Source: Pirellula staleyi DSM 6068 (GTDB lineage: Bacteria > Planctomycetota > Planctomycetia > Pirellulales > Pirellulaceae). Taken from it: DNA of 32,000 bases. Below the pieces are notes generated by a model. It was given only the letters and a program-made list of their open reading frames with translations. It was not told where the DNA came from and searched no databases. The stretch is taken from positions 4,470,001-4,502,000 of the forward strand of contig CP001848.1 of the NCBI GenBank assembly GCA_000025185.1, in the 5' to 3' direction. Positions 1-8,788 of this stretch are shown piece by piece; positions within the stretch are counted from its first letter, which is position 1, and each line of letters begins with the position of its first letter. Made by a program: the position numbers and the translations under genes.

Positions 1-12
1 AATTCATGGTCT

Positions 13-3000
13 CTACTCCAGGTATAAAAACGCGTTGCTGGTGAGCAAAACTCGCGCAAGTGCGCCCCACACAGGAGACTCGTCGCTGTTACCTGCCAGC
101 TTCTGGCGATAAGCCGCAACAAACTCCTGCGCTGCTGTTAATTCGGCATCCGCTGGCGGGCGACCCTGCGCTGTCTCAAACGCAAACCGGATGCGTGCCG
201 GGTCTTCTGTTGAGGAAGCGATGATACGGCGCGCAAACAGCGTCGCTTGCTCGTGCACGAACGGGGAGTTCATCAGGAACAGGGCTTGTGGCGGTGTCGT
301 CGTGGCATGTCGGCTGTCGACACTTTGGTTCGGATCAGCGGCGTCGAAGAGTGCGAGATAGGGATGCCGCCGATTGCGCTGCACCATCAAGTAGACGCTC
401 CGATGATTCGACGGATAGACTGCAAAAAACGGATTGTGAATACTAAAGCGCCACGATTCGACAGCGGGAAACGGGTGCGGCTGTGGCTCCGATCGATCGA
501 GGCCGCCACTCACCGCCAGCATCGAATCGCGGATCGATTCGGCATCGAGGCGGCGGCGCGAAAAACGCCATAGCCAGCGATTTCCCGGGTCTTTTTGCAA
601 GTTTTCAGCGTGGTCGGCGCTCGCGAGTTGATAGGTGCGCGACAGCATGATTTGGCGATGGAGCCACTTCATCGACCAGCCCTGCACCATGAACTCCGAC
701 GCCAAATAGTCGAGCAACTCAGGATGGCTCGGCTGCTCGCCACGGACTCCAAAATCGCTCGGCGTTGTCACCAGCCCCTGTCCAAAATGCCATTGCCAAA
801 CGCGATTCACCAGCACCCGTGCGGTGAGCGGATTCGTGGGGCGCGTGAGCCAATCGGCTAGCTCTTTTCGGCCGCTTCCAGCATTCGCAGGAACCGTTTC
901 CCCACCAAGCACTTCCAGGAATCGGCGCGGCACTTCGTCTCCCAAACGTTCGGGCTCGCCACGCTGCTGAATGCGCACATTCACGGGCGCAGCTTCGCTC
1001 ACGCCGTAAGCCACGTCATAAACGGGCTGCGACGCGAGTGCAGTGCGCCGCTCCGTTAGGGACTTGATCTGCGCGTCGAGCTGCTCGGGGTTCACCGCCG
1101 AACTGGCCACTTTGCGATCTGGTGCCACATCTCCCGGCTTACCAAACGGCGCGACTTGCAATCCAAGATTATCGAGATCACGCGCGGCAGCAGCACCAGC
1201 GACATGCCCAATCCCATCGCAAATGAAACAGTCGATCACTCCATCCCACTGAGCTCCGAGCTTCTTCCCTTCAAATGCCGTGGAGTCGCTCGCTGACGCA
1301 ATGATCCCTGCGTAAGTTTTCTTCGCCGGATCGATTGTCAGGCGCAAGGTGTACCATGTGCCGGGCTCGACGCGCCGAATCACTTCCCAGTCGGAGCCAC
1401 TGCGAATCGCAAACTCGGTGGGAGTCACACTACATTCGATCGCCAGCGATTCCACAACACCGCGCCCTAAGTAGAACCGATAGGCCCCTTTTTGCGTCGC
1501 CTCAGCGACGGTGCGGAAGTCGATCGTAAAATGCATCGAGCGATCGGGTGTCGCGCGAAGTTTTTCAGGGAAAACGTAGCGAATACCGTCGTGCGTTTGA
1601 CCACTCCCGACACGCACGCCTCGCGTTCCGGCACCATGCACATGGGTAAACGGACTTTGTGCCTCCGCGAGGATTTCAATCGGACCTGCGTGAAACCAAG
1701 GGTCCCCCGGAGGTTTGCCGATCGCTTGCGCTTCGAGATCGAGGTCGATTCCCCCCGCGAACCACTTGGGGTCGAGCATTTTGCGATTGAGCTCGAGCGT
1801 ACTGATTTCGCGATCGAGCTGAGCCAGCTGCTCGGCTTTTGTTTGATCGAGCTCGGCTGCCGTGGCGGGTGGAACCAGTGGTAAAAAATCGGCCGGCCGC
1901 TGATGCTCTTCACCTCCAGGAAAGGCCCATTTGGTGCTCTTGAAAATGCCGTAGATCGCGTAGTAATCGGCCGCGGAGATCGGATCGTACTTGTGGTTGT
2001 GGCAGCGGGCACAGCCGAGGGAAAGTCCGAGGACCGAGCGCCCCAAGGAATCGATCGCATCGGCGAAATCGAGATGCTCAAAATCGGGGGAGGGCTTATA
2101 GCCATAGCGTTTGCCGATGGCCAAAAAACCGGTCGCGGTCACCAGGCGCGCATACTCCTGCGGTGAAATCTCGGAGAGCGTTTCACGCGCCAGGATATCG
2201 CCGGCGATCTGCTCGCGCAGGAACTGGTCGTAAGGGAGGTCGGCATTCATGGCCGCAATCACCCAGTCGCGATACTTGCCAGCTTCGCGCACCGGATAAT
2301 CGGCCCCATCACCAGCAGTGTCGGCATAGCGCGCAACGTCGAGCCAATGCCGTCCCCAGCGCTCGCCATAAGCAGGGGAGGCGAGGAGCCGATCAACGAG
2401 CGCAGCAAAAGCGTTCTCGGATTGGTCAGCGACAAAAGCATCGATCTCGGCAGGTGTGGGAGGAAGTCCGGTGAGGTCGAGCGTCGCGCGGCGAGCGAGG
2501 GTGCGCCGGTCGGCATCAGCGACCGGCAAAACTCCCGTTTTCTGCTGCTGTTGCCAGACAAATGCATCGATCGGAGTGCGCGACCAGTGGTCGTCAGCCG
2601 CGCGAGGAACCGCTGGCTTTTTCACCGCTTGAAACGACCAGAACGAGCGCGCCTGGGCCAGTGTCAGCTGCTGCTGAGTGGCATCAGGGGACTCGCGACG
2701 CGGATCGACTGCGCCACGCTTGATCCAGGTTTCGAGGTCGGCAATCTCGGCGTCTGAGAGCTTTCCATCGGGTGGCATTTCGAGTTCGGAATCGGTGTGA
2801 CGCACCGCCCGGATCAGCAAACTCGCTTCTGGCTTTCCGGCGACGAGCACCGCGCCACGGTCGCCACCACGGAGCCAAGCATCGCGCGAATCGAGTCGTA
2901 AACCACCTTCGGCTTTTTTCGCGCCGTGACACTCCTCGCAATGTTTCACCAGCAGCGGGCGAACACGTGTCTCGAAGAAATCGTCGTCGTTTTCGCTCCG

Positions 3001-3114
3001 GACTTTCGGAGTTAGAACGAGCAAGCTTGCAGCGGCGAGGCAAATGGCGAGCCACGCTCGCGCGGGAAGAAAAAGGATCGCTCGCGTGCCGACCATCCTA
3101 GTGCTTGAAGACAT
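13..3114 (-). CDS. Secreted PSCyt1/DUF1549(PSCyt2)/DUF1553(PSD1) family protein with c-type heme-binding motif
   Basis: 1033-aa ORF. The N-terminus has a hydrophobic signal-like segment (AILFLPARAWLAICLAAASLLVL). FFETRVRPLLVKHCEECHG carries the CxxCH 'Planctomycete cytochrome C' motif. DUF1549-like blocks are present (TPIDAFVWQQQ..., LARRATLDLTGLPPTPAEIDAFV, RWGRHWLDVARYADT). DUF1553-like blocks are present (RRRLDAESIRDSMLAVSG, RSVYLMVQRNRRHPYLALFDAADPNQSVDSRHATTTPPQALFLMNSPF). The start could instead be the Met at codon 7. A minus-strand ATG at nt 7-5 just downstream suggests a following gene that runs off the window. Confidence 0.9.
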   Translation of the reverse strand: MSSSTRMVGTRAILFLPARAWLAICLAAASLLVLTPKVRSENDDDFFETRVRPLLVKHCEECHGAKKAEGGLRLDSRDAWLRGGDRGAVLVAGKPEASLLIRAVRHTDSELEMPPDGKLSDAEIADLETWIKRGAVDPRRESPDATQQQLTLAQARSFWSFQAVKKPAVPRAADDHWSRTPIDAFVWQQQQKTGVLPVADADRRTLARRATLDLTGLPPTPAEIDAFVADQSENAFAALVDRLLASPAYGERWGRHWLDVARYADTAGDGADYPVREAGKYRDWVIAAMNADLPYDQFLREQIAGDILARETLSEISPQEYARLVTATGFLAIGKRYGYKPSPDFEHLDFADAIDSLGRSVLGLSLGCARCHNHKYDPISAADYYAIYGIFKSTKWAFPGGEEHQRPADFLPLVPPATAAELDQTKAEQLAQLDREISTLELNRKMLDPKWFAGGIDLDLEAQAIGKPPGDPWFHAGPIEILAEAQSPFTHVHGAGTRGVRVGSGQTHDGIRYVFPEKLRATPDRSMHFTIDFRTVAEATQKGAYRFYLGRGVVESLAIECSVTPTEFAIRSGSDWEVIRRVEPGTWYTLRLTIDPAKKTYAGIIASASDSTAFEGKKLGAQWDGVIDCFICDGIGHVAGAAAARDLDNLGLQVAPFGKPGDVAPDRKVASSAVNPEQLDAQIKSLTERRTALASQPVYDVAYGVSEAAPVNVRIQQRGEPERLGDEVPRRFLEVLGGETVPANAGSGRKELADWLTRPTNPLTARVLVNRVWQWHFGQGLVTTPSDFGVRGEQPSHPELLDYLASEFMVQGWSMKWLHRQIMLSRTYQLASADHAENLQKDPGNRWLWRFSRRRLDAESIRDSMLAVSGGLDRSEPQPHPFPAVESWRFSIHNPFFAVYPSNHRSVYLMVQRNRRHPYLALFDAADPNQSVDSRHATTTPPQALFLMNSPFVHEQATLFARRIIASSTEDPARIRFAFETAQGRPPADAELTAAQEFVAAYRQKLAGNSDESPVWGALARVLLTSNAFLYLE

Positions 3115-3123
3115 TACGCTGGC

Positions 3124-3762
3124 TCATGCCGATCGGCTCTCGAGGAAGGCTTGAATTCCGCATCTACGTGCCGAACGTAGGTGCAATCGCATCTGCTGGT
3201 CCGCCTCCACCGGATCGCGCCGCTCGATCGGCTCGACCAGTTTCATGTGCGTGCAGCTCAAATCCCCGACGCGGCTGTAAACCGTCACCTGACTCACAAA
3301 CATCTGCAGCAGTTGCAGATCGGTCAGTTCCTGAACCAGCCGCCGACAGCGACTCATCTTGGCAATTTTTAAATGAAATTCCTGGTCGAGGCGAACCGAT
3401 TCCACCCCTTCATCCGCTTGCAGCTGCTTGGCCATTTCCTTGAGCTCAGCAATCTCGCGATCACTGGCGTGCAGACAGGCCTCGCGAATAGCTTGCGTTT
3501 CGATCGCCTCACGGAAGGTGTAATTTTCTTCGAGCATCTCGCGGTCGATAGTGCGAACACGCACACCGTCACCAATTGCACTCTCGACGAGCCCGGTCGC
3601 CTCGAGCCGCGAAAAAGCTGCAACCGTAAGAACTTTGCTGACACCATACTTATCGGCGATTTGCTGCTGGGGCAGCCTCGTTCCGGCGGGGAGCTCCCCT
3701 TTGATGATGTCATCGCGCAGCTTTTCGAACAGCATCGCTGGTTTAGTCATGGTCAGTTCCAT
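3124..3762 (-). CDS. GntR-family (FadR/FCD-like) transcriptional regulator
   Basis: 212-aa ORF with an N-terminal winged-HTH block (LPQQQIADKYGVSKVLTVAAFSRLEATGLVESAIGDGVRV). The C-terminus is all-helical and FCD-like (FREAIETQAIREA...EFHLKIAKMSRCRRLVQEL). It ends 9 nt upstream of the DUF1549/DUF1553 gene on the same strand, so an operon is likely. The alternative start MTKPAM is at 3750. Confidence 0.85.
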   Translation of the reverse strand: MELTMTKPAMLFEKLRDDIIKGELPAGTRLPQQQIADKYGVSKVLTVAAFSRLEATGLVESAIGDGVRVRTIDREMLEENYTFREAIETQAIREACLHASDREIAELKEMAKQLQADEGVESVRLDQEFHLKIAKMSRCRRLVQELTDLQLLQMFVSQVTVYSRVGDLSCTHMKLVEPIERRDPVEADQQMRLHLRSARRCGIQAFLESRSA

Positions 3763-3770
3763 CGGAGAGA

Positions 3771-3800
3771 GGATAGCCGCCGGATAGCCAGATACTATCC
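3771..3800. promoter_or_regulatory. Candidate operator: GGATAG direct repeat plus inverted repeat GGATAG-N7-CTATCC
   Basis: GGATAG occurs at 3771-3776 and 3782-3787, and its complement CTATCC at 3795-3800. The element lies 9-38 nt upstream of the GntR start, in the divergent GntR/ECF-sigma intergenic region. Palindromic operators are typical of GntR regulators. This is sequence symmetry only. Confidence 0.25.
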
Positions 3801-3987
3801 ACGAGCCTGCGCTGTGTCAATCAAGAGGCAGGGGAGCGGCTTATGGCTTCACTTAGAGGGAGATGAAGCGAGAATTTCTCGAAATCTTCACGCCGCAGCG
3901 ACTTTCTCCGGCGGATGTCGTCCTCTTCTCGCAACCAGTGATAGTAGCGGCATGCCAGCGTGCCGAGCGGATCTCTTTGAGGAAACT

Positions 3988-4602
3988 ATGGTCGTCGACA
4001 CGCAGCACATTCTGGAAGCCAAAGGTGGCGATCCCGTCCGACTAGCGGGGCTGCTGGAACCGTTTCGCAGCTACCTCAAATTGCTGGCCCGGATGCAAAT
4101 TGGGGCGCGGCTGCAAGGAAAAGCGGACGAATCGGACATCGTGCAAGAGACCTTTCTCTCGGCTCACGGTGCCTTTCCGGAGTTCCGCGGATCGACCGAA
4201 GCTGAACTCACCGAGTGGCTCCGCTCGATTCTGGCCGCCAAGTTGGCCGAGCTGTTTCGCCGCTACCTGGGAACCAAGCAACGCGACGTGCGACTCGAAA
4301 AACGGATCGACGACGATCTGAGTCGCTCGGCTGCCCTGTTGGGATCGACCATGGCACTCGGGCTAGTCTCGCGCGAGCCTTCGCCGAGCCAAAAAGCCGC
4401 TGGTCACGAAGATGCGCTGCATCTGTCCGAGGCGCTTGCGAACCTTCCGGCCGACTACCGAGAAGTGATCGTACTCCGCAATCTCGAGGGACTGCCGTTC
4501 AAAATGGTCGCCGAGCGCATGGAGCGCTCCGAGGATAGTGTCGAGAAACTTTGGATGCGTGCGCTGGTGAAACTTCGGGCCCATCTCGGAGCCGCACGAT
4601 GA
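3988..4602 (+). CDS. ECF (sigma-70 family) RNA polymerase sigma factor, Ser/Thr-kinase-associated type
   Basis: This is the in-frame 3' part of the 3373..4602 ORF. The ATG at 3988 is preceded by GAGGAA at 3978-3983. Region 2-like: ESDIVQETFLSAHGAFPEFRG. Region 4-like: LPADYREVIVLRNLEGLPFKMVAERMERSEDSVEKLWMRALVKLRAHL. Its stop codon overlaps the kinase start (ATGA at 4599-4602). An alternative start lies at 3952. Confidence 0.85.
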   Translation: MVVDTQHILEAKGGDPVRLAGLLEPFRSYLKLLARMQIGARLQGKADESDIVQETFLSAHGAFPEFRGSTEAELTEWLRSILAAKLAELFRRYLGTKQRDVRLEKRIDDDLSRSAALLGSTMALGLVSREPSPSQKAAGHEDALHLSEALANLPADYREVIVLRNLEGLPFKMVAERMERSEDSVEKLWMRALVKLRAHLGAAR

Positions 4603-6833
4603 CCGATCCCCACTCGCTGGTCGATAACGACGAAGATCCTCGCGTGTTCGAAGTGGTGCAGGAATATCTGCAGCAGATCGAAGCGGGGGGCTACCCAAAC
4701 CGAACCGAACTGGCCGCCAAATATCCGGAACTCACCGCGACGATCGAGCCCTATCTCGATGCCATCGAAATGCTGCATCAGGCCCGGCCTAATCTGCGCG
4801 ATAGTGGCAATCTGGCTGCCGATCGCTCGGTCGCCAAGCCGCTCGCCATCGGACAGCCGCTCGGAGATTTTCAGCTCGTTCGGCAAATCGGACGGGGCGG
4901 CATGGGGGTGGTGTATGAAGCGATTCAGCTGTCGCTGAGCCGCAAAGTCGCGGTCAAGGTGTTGCCGTTTGCAGCAGCACTCGACGCGCGGCAACTGCAG
5001 CGATTTCGCAACGAAGCGCAAGCTGCTGCAGCGCTGCATCACGCGCACATTGTGCCGGTCTATGGCATTGGCCACGAACGCGGAGTGCACTTCTACGTGA
5101 TGCAGCTGATTGCTGGGAACAATCTCGCATCGCTCATCGATCGGATGCGCCTCGAGGCATTGGGAAAATCGCACGACGGCTATAGCGATACGGAAATCCT
5201 TCCACCATCGGAGCCTGCTGCGCCGCAATCGCAAATCGAAACGGGCCCCACCGCCGGCGCTGAACTAACAACACGCCGCGTGCATCAGAAGAAGGAATAC
5301 TTTCGCAGCGCCGCAAAAATGATCGCGCAAGCTGCCGACGCGCTCGACTATGCCCATTCGCTGGGAATTGTTCATCGCGATGTGAAGCCGGCCAACATTC
5401 TGGTCGACGAAAGTGGTTCGATTTGGGTCGCCGACTTTGGTCTGGCGCAAATTCAAACCGATCATGGACTCACGCATACCGGCGATTTGCTCGGAACGTT
5501 GCGCTACATGAGTCCCGAACAAGCAGCGGGGCGGTCGGGGCAAATCGATCATCGTACCGACGTCTACTCCCTCGGCGCAACGCTCTACGAACTCCTCACG
5601 CTGCGCTCACTATTCGAGGCCGACAATCGCCAATCGCTCCTCTGCCAGATTCTCGAAAACGAGCCCCGATCGCTCCGGTCGTGCGAGCGATCGATCCCCA
5701 AAGAACTGGAAACGATTACGCTCAAAGCGCTCGCGAAATCTCCCAGCGATCGCTACGCCTCAGCGCGCGAGATGTGCGACGATTTACAGCGTTATCTCAG
5801 CGACCTGCCGATCCGAGCGCGCAAGCCAACCCTTCTCGAACGCGTTTCCAAATGGGGACGAAGGCATCGCGGCATTGTGATCGCAGCTGTCAGCACGCTC
5901 GCGCTGCTGGTCGCCGGTCTCACCATTGCTGTGGGGATGACCGCTTCGGCCTATCAGCGCGAACGTGTGAAAGCGGCTGAAGCAGCCAAACAGTTCGACC
6001 GCGCTGAACAAAATTTCCAGCAAGCGCGAGCGGCTGTCGACGAGTTCACCCGCATCGCTGAGGAGTCCCTGACCGGCCATCCCATGATGGAATCGGCCCG
6101 CATTCGGATGCTCCAGTCGGCCCTGGCCTACTATCAAACGTTCATCGAGCAGCATCGCAACGAACACAGCTTGCAGGTAGAGCTTGAAGAGAGCATGTCG
6201 AAGGTCGAGCAAATTTTAGACGAGCTCTACACCATCGCCGGCGCAGGGAAATACATTCTGCTGCTCCACCCCGAAGTCGAGCGCGAGCTCGACCTAACAC
6301 AGCCGCAAATCGCAACGATTCGCGACTTCGACATGAAATGGCGTGCACTGTTTCGCGACTTCGGTGGCAATGTCACCCGCACCGCTCGGGAACAGCAACG
6401 TTTGGTACTGGCCCGCGAGCAAGATGCGGCGATTCGTGAACTCCTCTCCGAAGCACAAGAGGCGAGATTTCAGCAGCTGGTGTGGCAAGACGAAGGTCCC
6501 CGTGCCCTCGAAGATCAAACGCTGGCCGATCAACTGCAACTCTCCACCGCACAGCGCGCCGAGATCCGTCGGCTGCTTGCGGAATACCCTTCCTTTCGAA
6601 TGGGGCCGCCGCGCCACTTGCCCCCCGGCCCCGAGCCACCTTTTGCTCCCGAAGGGGCACACTTCCCGCGCCCCAACGGTCCGCCACCCCCTGGACACGA
6701 TCGATTCTCGCAGGCTTCGAGCGAAATCTTAGAACGTGAGTTCGCCAAAATACTCACCCAAGACCAACAGACCAAGTGGAAACAATTGCTGGGGGAACCT
6801 CTGACGTTGAGAAATCGAAGCGACCTCCCTTGA
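4599..6833 (+). CDS. Membrane-anchored Hanks-type Ser/Thr protein kinase with extracytoplasmic helical/LTxxQ-motif domain
   Basis: Kinase motifs: G-loop GRGGMGVVYEA, VAVKVL lysine, catalytic loop HRDVKPANILV, DFGLA, and LGTLRYMSPEQ. There is one TM helix (IVIAAVSTLALLVAGLTIAVGMTA, about nt 5870-5950). The C-terminal ~300 aa are helical, with four L[TS]xxQ-type motifs and a Pro-rich stretch. The start ATG at 4599 overlaps the sigma factor stop. Confidence 0.9.
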   Translation: MTDPHSLVDNDEDPRVFEVVQEYLQQIEAGGYPNRTELAAKYPELTATIEPYLDAIEMLHQARPNLRDSGNLAADRSVAKPLAIGQPLGDFQLVRQIGRGGMGVVYEAIQLSLSRKVAVKVLPFAAALDARQLQRFRNEAQAAAALHHAHIVPVYGIGHERGVHFYVMQLIAGNNLASLIDRMRLEALGKSHDGYSDTEILPPSEPAAPQSQIETGPTAGAELTTRRVHQKKEYFRSAAKMIAQAADALDYAHSLGIVHRDVKPANILVDESGSIWVADFGLAQIQTDHGLTHTGDLLGTLRYMSPEQAAGRSGQIDHRTDVYSLGATLYELLTLRSLFEADNRQSLLCQILENEPRSLRSCERSIPKELETITLKALAKSPSDRYASAREMCDDLQRYLSDLPIRARKPTLLERVSKWGRRHRGIVIAAVSTLALLVAGLTIAVGMTASAYQRERVKAAEAAKQFDRAEQNFQQARAAVDEFTRIAEESLTGHPMMESARIRMLQSALAYYQTFIEQHRNEHSLQVELEESMSKVEQILDELYTIAGAGKYILLLHPEVERELDLTQPQIATIRDFDMKWRALFRDFGGNVTRTAREQQRLVLAREQDAAIRELLSEAQEARFQQLVWQDEGPRALEDQTLADQLQLSTAQRAEIRRLLAEYPSFRMGPPRHLPPGPEPPFAPEGAHFPRPNGPPPPGHDRFSQASSEILEREFAKILTQDQQTKWKQLLGEPLTLRNRSDLP

Positions 6834-6861
6834 TATCTTCTAACATCCGAAAGCTTTAAGC

Positions 6862-8772
6862 ATGAATCTCAAAGAGAATATTATTGGTATATTAATCCTC
6901 CTCGGTGGCGGGACACTGATATACTGGAGCAAACAACCAAGCTGGCCCTTAGGTGCCGATAACAGCTTACTCTTTGCCCAGGAAGCTCCTCCAGCGCGCG
7001 GCCCTGGTTCGCCTCCCGAAGGAGCTTTCCCCCCCGGTCCCGGCGGCTTTGGTCCACCCGGTTTCGGACCGGGAGGTCCCGGAGGACCTGGCGGCTTCGG
7101 CCCTCCGGGCTTTGGTGCCGATCTGGAGATCTTCAAGAAGTTTGATCGCGATCAAGACAAACTGCTGAATCGCGAAGAGCGCCAGGCAGCGCGGAAACAT
7201 CTCGCCGAGCAAGGAGCAGGGGGACGTGGTCCCGGAAGACCTGGCGGCCCGGGAGGTCGCGGTGGTTTTGGTCCGCCTGGTGGACTGGGTGGCCCCGGCG
7301 GATTTGGCCCGCCCGGAGGTGAACGAATCGCAGGAAAACCAGGGCCCAAAGTGAGCCCCGAGGATGTTCCGGCCATTATCGATCAGCCACTCTATAGCGA
7401 CGATGTGGTCCGCACTCTCTTCCTGACTTTTGAGCACGACGACTGGGAAGAAGAGCTCGCGATCTTCAAAAACACCGACGTCGATGTCCCCGCCACGCTG
7501 CAAGTCGACGGCAAGATCTACCCCGAAATCGGCGTCAGCTTTCGAGGGATGTCGTCGTTCATGATGATCCCAGCCGGGTCGAAGCGGTCGCTAAAACTGT
7601 CGCTGGACCTTAAAGATCCCGATCAAAAACTGGAAGGTTATAAGACTCTGAATCTGCTCAACAGCAACGGCGATCCTTCGATGATGAACGCCGTGCTCTT
7701 CTCCCATCTAGCGCGCACGAAGATCCCTGCCCCCAAGGTCAACTTCGTCAAAGTGGTGATCAACGGCGAGAGCTGGGGGATCTATGCCAATGCTCAGCAG
7801 TTCAATAAAGAGTTTATAGCTGAAAACTATCAAACCACCGAAGGAGCGCGCTGGAAGGTGTCGGGCAATCCTGGGGCTGATGCAGGGCTCCGTTATTTGG
7901 GTGATGATATCGCCGCTTATAAGCAGCGTTATGAGATTAAATCGAAAGACCAAGAGGCGTCGTGGAAAGCGCTCGTGAATCTCTGCCGTGTGCTTGAGCA
8001 AACACCTGCCGATCAACTCGAAGCAAAATTGTCGCCACTACTCGATATTGAAGAAGTCCTCTGGTTCCTTGCTTACGACCTGGCTTTGGTGAACGAAGAT
8101 GGCTACTGGATTCGCGCGAGTGACTACAACCTCTATCTCGATCCGCAAGGAAAGTTTCACGTTCTTCCCCACGACATGAACGAGACCTTTCATGCCTCGA
8201 CCGGGCGCGGCTTTCCCATGGGTGGCCCAATGGGGGGACCTTTTGGCGGTCCCGGCGGACCTGAAGGACGTCGCGAGCGAGCCCCTGGCGAACTGGAAGG
8301 TCCACCACCAGGATTTCCGCCAGGTGCTTTTCCACCCCCAGGAGGCCCGGGGCCGGGTGGTGCTGGTCCAGGAGGTGGACGTTTTGGCCCACCAGGTGGC
8401 GGCATGATGCGGCCGGCGGTCGATGTCAGCCCGCTCGTGGCCATGAACTCGCCGCGTATGCCGCTGCACAGCAAACTGCTCGCCGTGCCGAAATTCAAAG
8501 CCCAGTACTTGGCTAATCTGCGAGAAATCGCTGAAAAACAGCTCGACTGGAAGTATCTCGGCCCCATCGTGTCACGCTATCGCGATCTGATTGCTGAGGA
8601 AGTGAAAGCCGACACGCGGAAGCTGTCGTCGAGCGAAGCGTTTGTGATTGCAACAGCCGATCAGCCCGCCGAGAGCGCGACCGCTCGCACACTTCCACTG
8701 CGCAAATTCGCCGACGCCCGGCGAAAGTTCCTGCTGGAAGCGACCAGCGCCGCAGCAGCCGATTCCAAGTAA
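6862..8772 (+). CDS. CotH kinase-family protein with N-terminal membrane anchor/signal, EF-hand-like loop and Gly/Pro-rich low-complexity segments
   Basis: 636-aa ORF. CotH-like core: KTLNLLNSNGDPSMMNAVLFSHLARTKIPAPKVNFVKVVINGESWGIYANAQQFNKEFI, NLYLDPQGKFHVLPHDMNETF, and C-terminal PKFKAQYLANLREI. The N-terminus is hydrophobic (IIGILILLGGGTLIYW). The EF-hand-like 12-mer DRDQDKLLNREE lies at about 7144-7179. GP-rich tracts lie at about 6990-7120, 7215-7325 and 8205-8410. Confidence 0.8.
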   Translation: MNLKENIIGILILLGGGTLIYWSKQPSWPLGADNSLLFAQEAPPARGPGSPPEGAFPPGPGGFGPPGFGPGGPGGPGGFGPPGFGADLEIFKKFDRDQDKLLNREERQAARKHLAEQGAGGRGPGRPGGPGGRGGFGPPGGLGGPGGFGPPGGERIAGKPGPKVSPEDVPAIIDQPLYSDDVVRTLFLTFEHDDWEEELAIFKNTDVDVPATLQVDGKIYPEIGVSFRGMSSFMMIPAGSKRSLKLSLDLKDPDQKLEGYKTLNLLNSNGDPSMMNAVLFSHLARTKIPAPKVNFVKVVINGESWGIYANAQQFNKEFIAENYQTTEGARWKVSGNPGADAGLRYLGDDIAAYKQRYEIKSKDQEASWKALVNLCRVLEQTPADQLEAKLSPLLDIEEVLWFLAYDLALVNEDGYWIRASDYNLYLDPQGKFHVLPHDMNETFHASTGRGFPMGGPMGGPFGGPGGPEGRRERAPGELEGPPPGFPPGAFPPPGGPGPGGAGPGGGRFGPPGGGMMRPAVDVSPLVAMNSPRMPLHSKLLAVPKFKAQYLANLREIAEKQLDWKYLGPIVSRYRDLIAEEVKADTRKLSSSEAFVIATADQPAESATARTLPLRKFADARRKFLLEATSAAAADSK

Positions 8773-8788
8773 CGACCCGCGATCGAGG

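Noticed and set aside
1467-2105. 212-aa alternate-frame ORF, plus several 60-136-aa ORFs on both strands within 13..3114.
   Set aside because: All are nested in the DUF1549/DUF1553 gene, whose frame carries the family hallmark motifs. The others have no recognisable features.
3373-3987. 5' extension of the ECF sigma ORF, which the ORF track shows as 409 aa from 3373.
   Set aside because: The extension is antisense to the well-supported GntR gene (3124..3762) and has no sigma-factor similarity. Sigma region 2 begins shortly after the ATG at 3988, which has a GAGGAA RBS.
4455-5234. 259-aa minus-strand ORF overlapping the sigma 3' end and the kinase catalytic domain.
   Set aside because: It is antisense to unmistakable Hanks kinase motifs, and I recognised no domain in its translation. 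It is a high-GC antisense artefact.
6840-7136. Pro/Gly-rich minus-strand ORFs here and at 7152..7376 and 8190..8567. I also considered whether the GP-rich tracts encode collagen-like triple helix.
   Set aside because: These antisense ORFs simply mirror the GGN/CCN-rich sense tracts of the CotH gene. The sense tracts (GGPGGFGPPGFG...) do not keep a strict Gly-X-Y register, so I do not call them collagen-like.
8648-8788. Upstream extension of the VTC ORF overlapping the CotH 3' end.
   Set aside because: The extension is Pro/Ser-rich nonsense overlapping a supported gene. The ATG at 8789 follows a GAGG and leaves a 16-nt intergenic gap.
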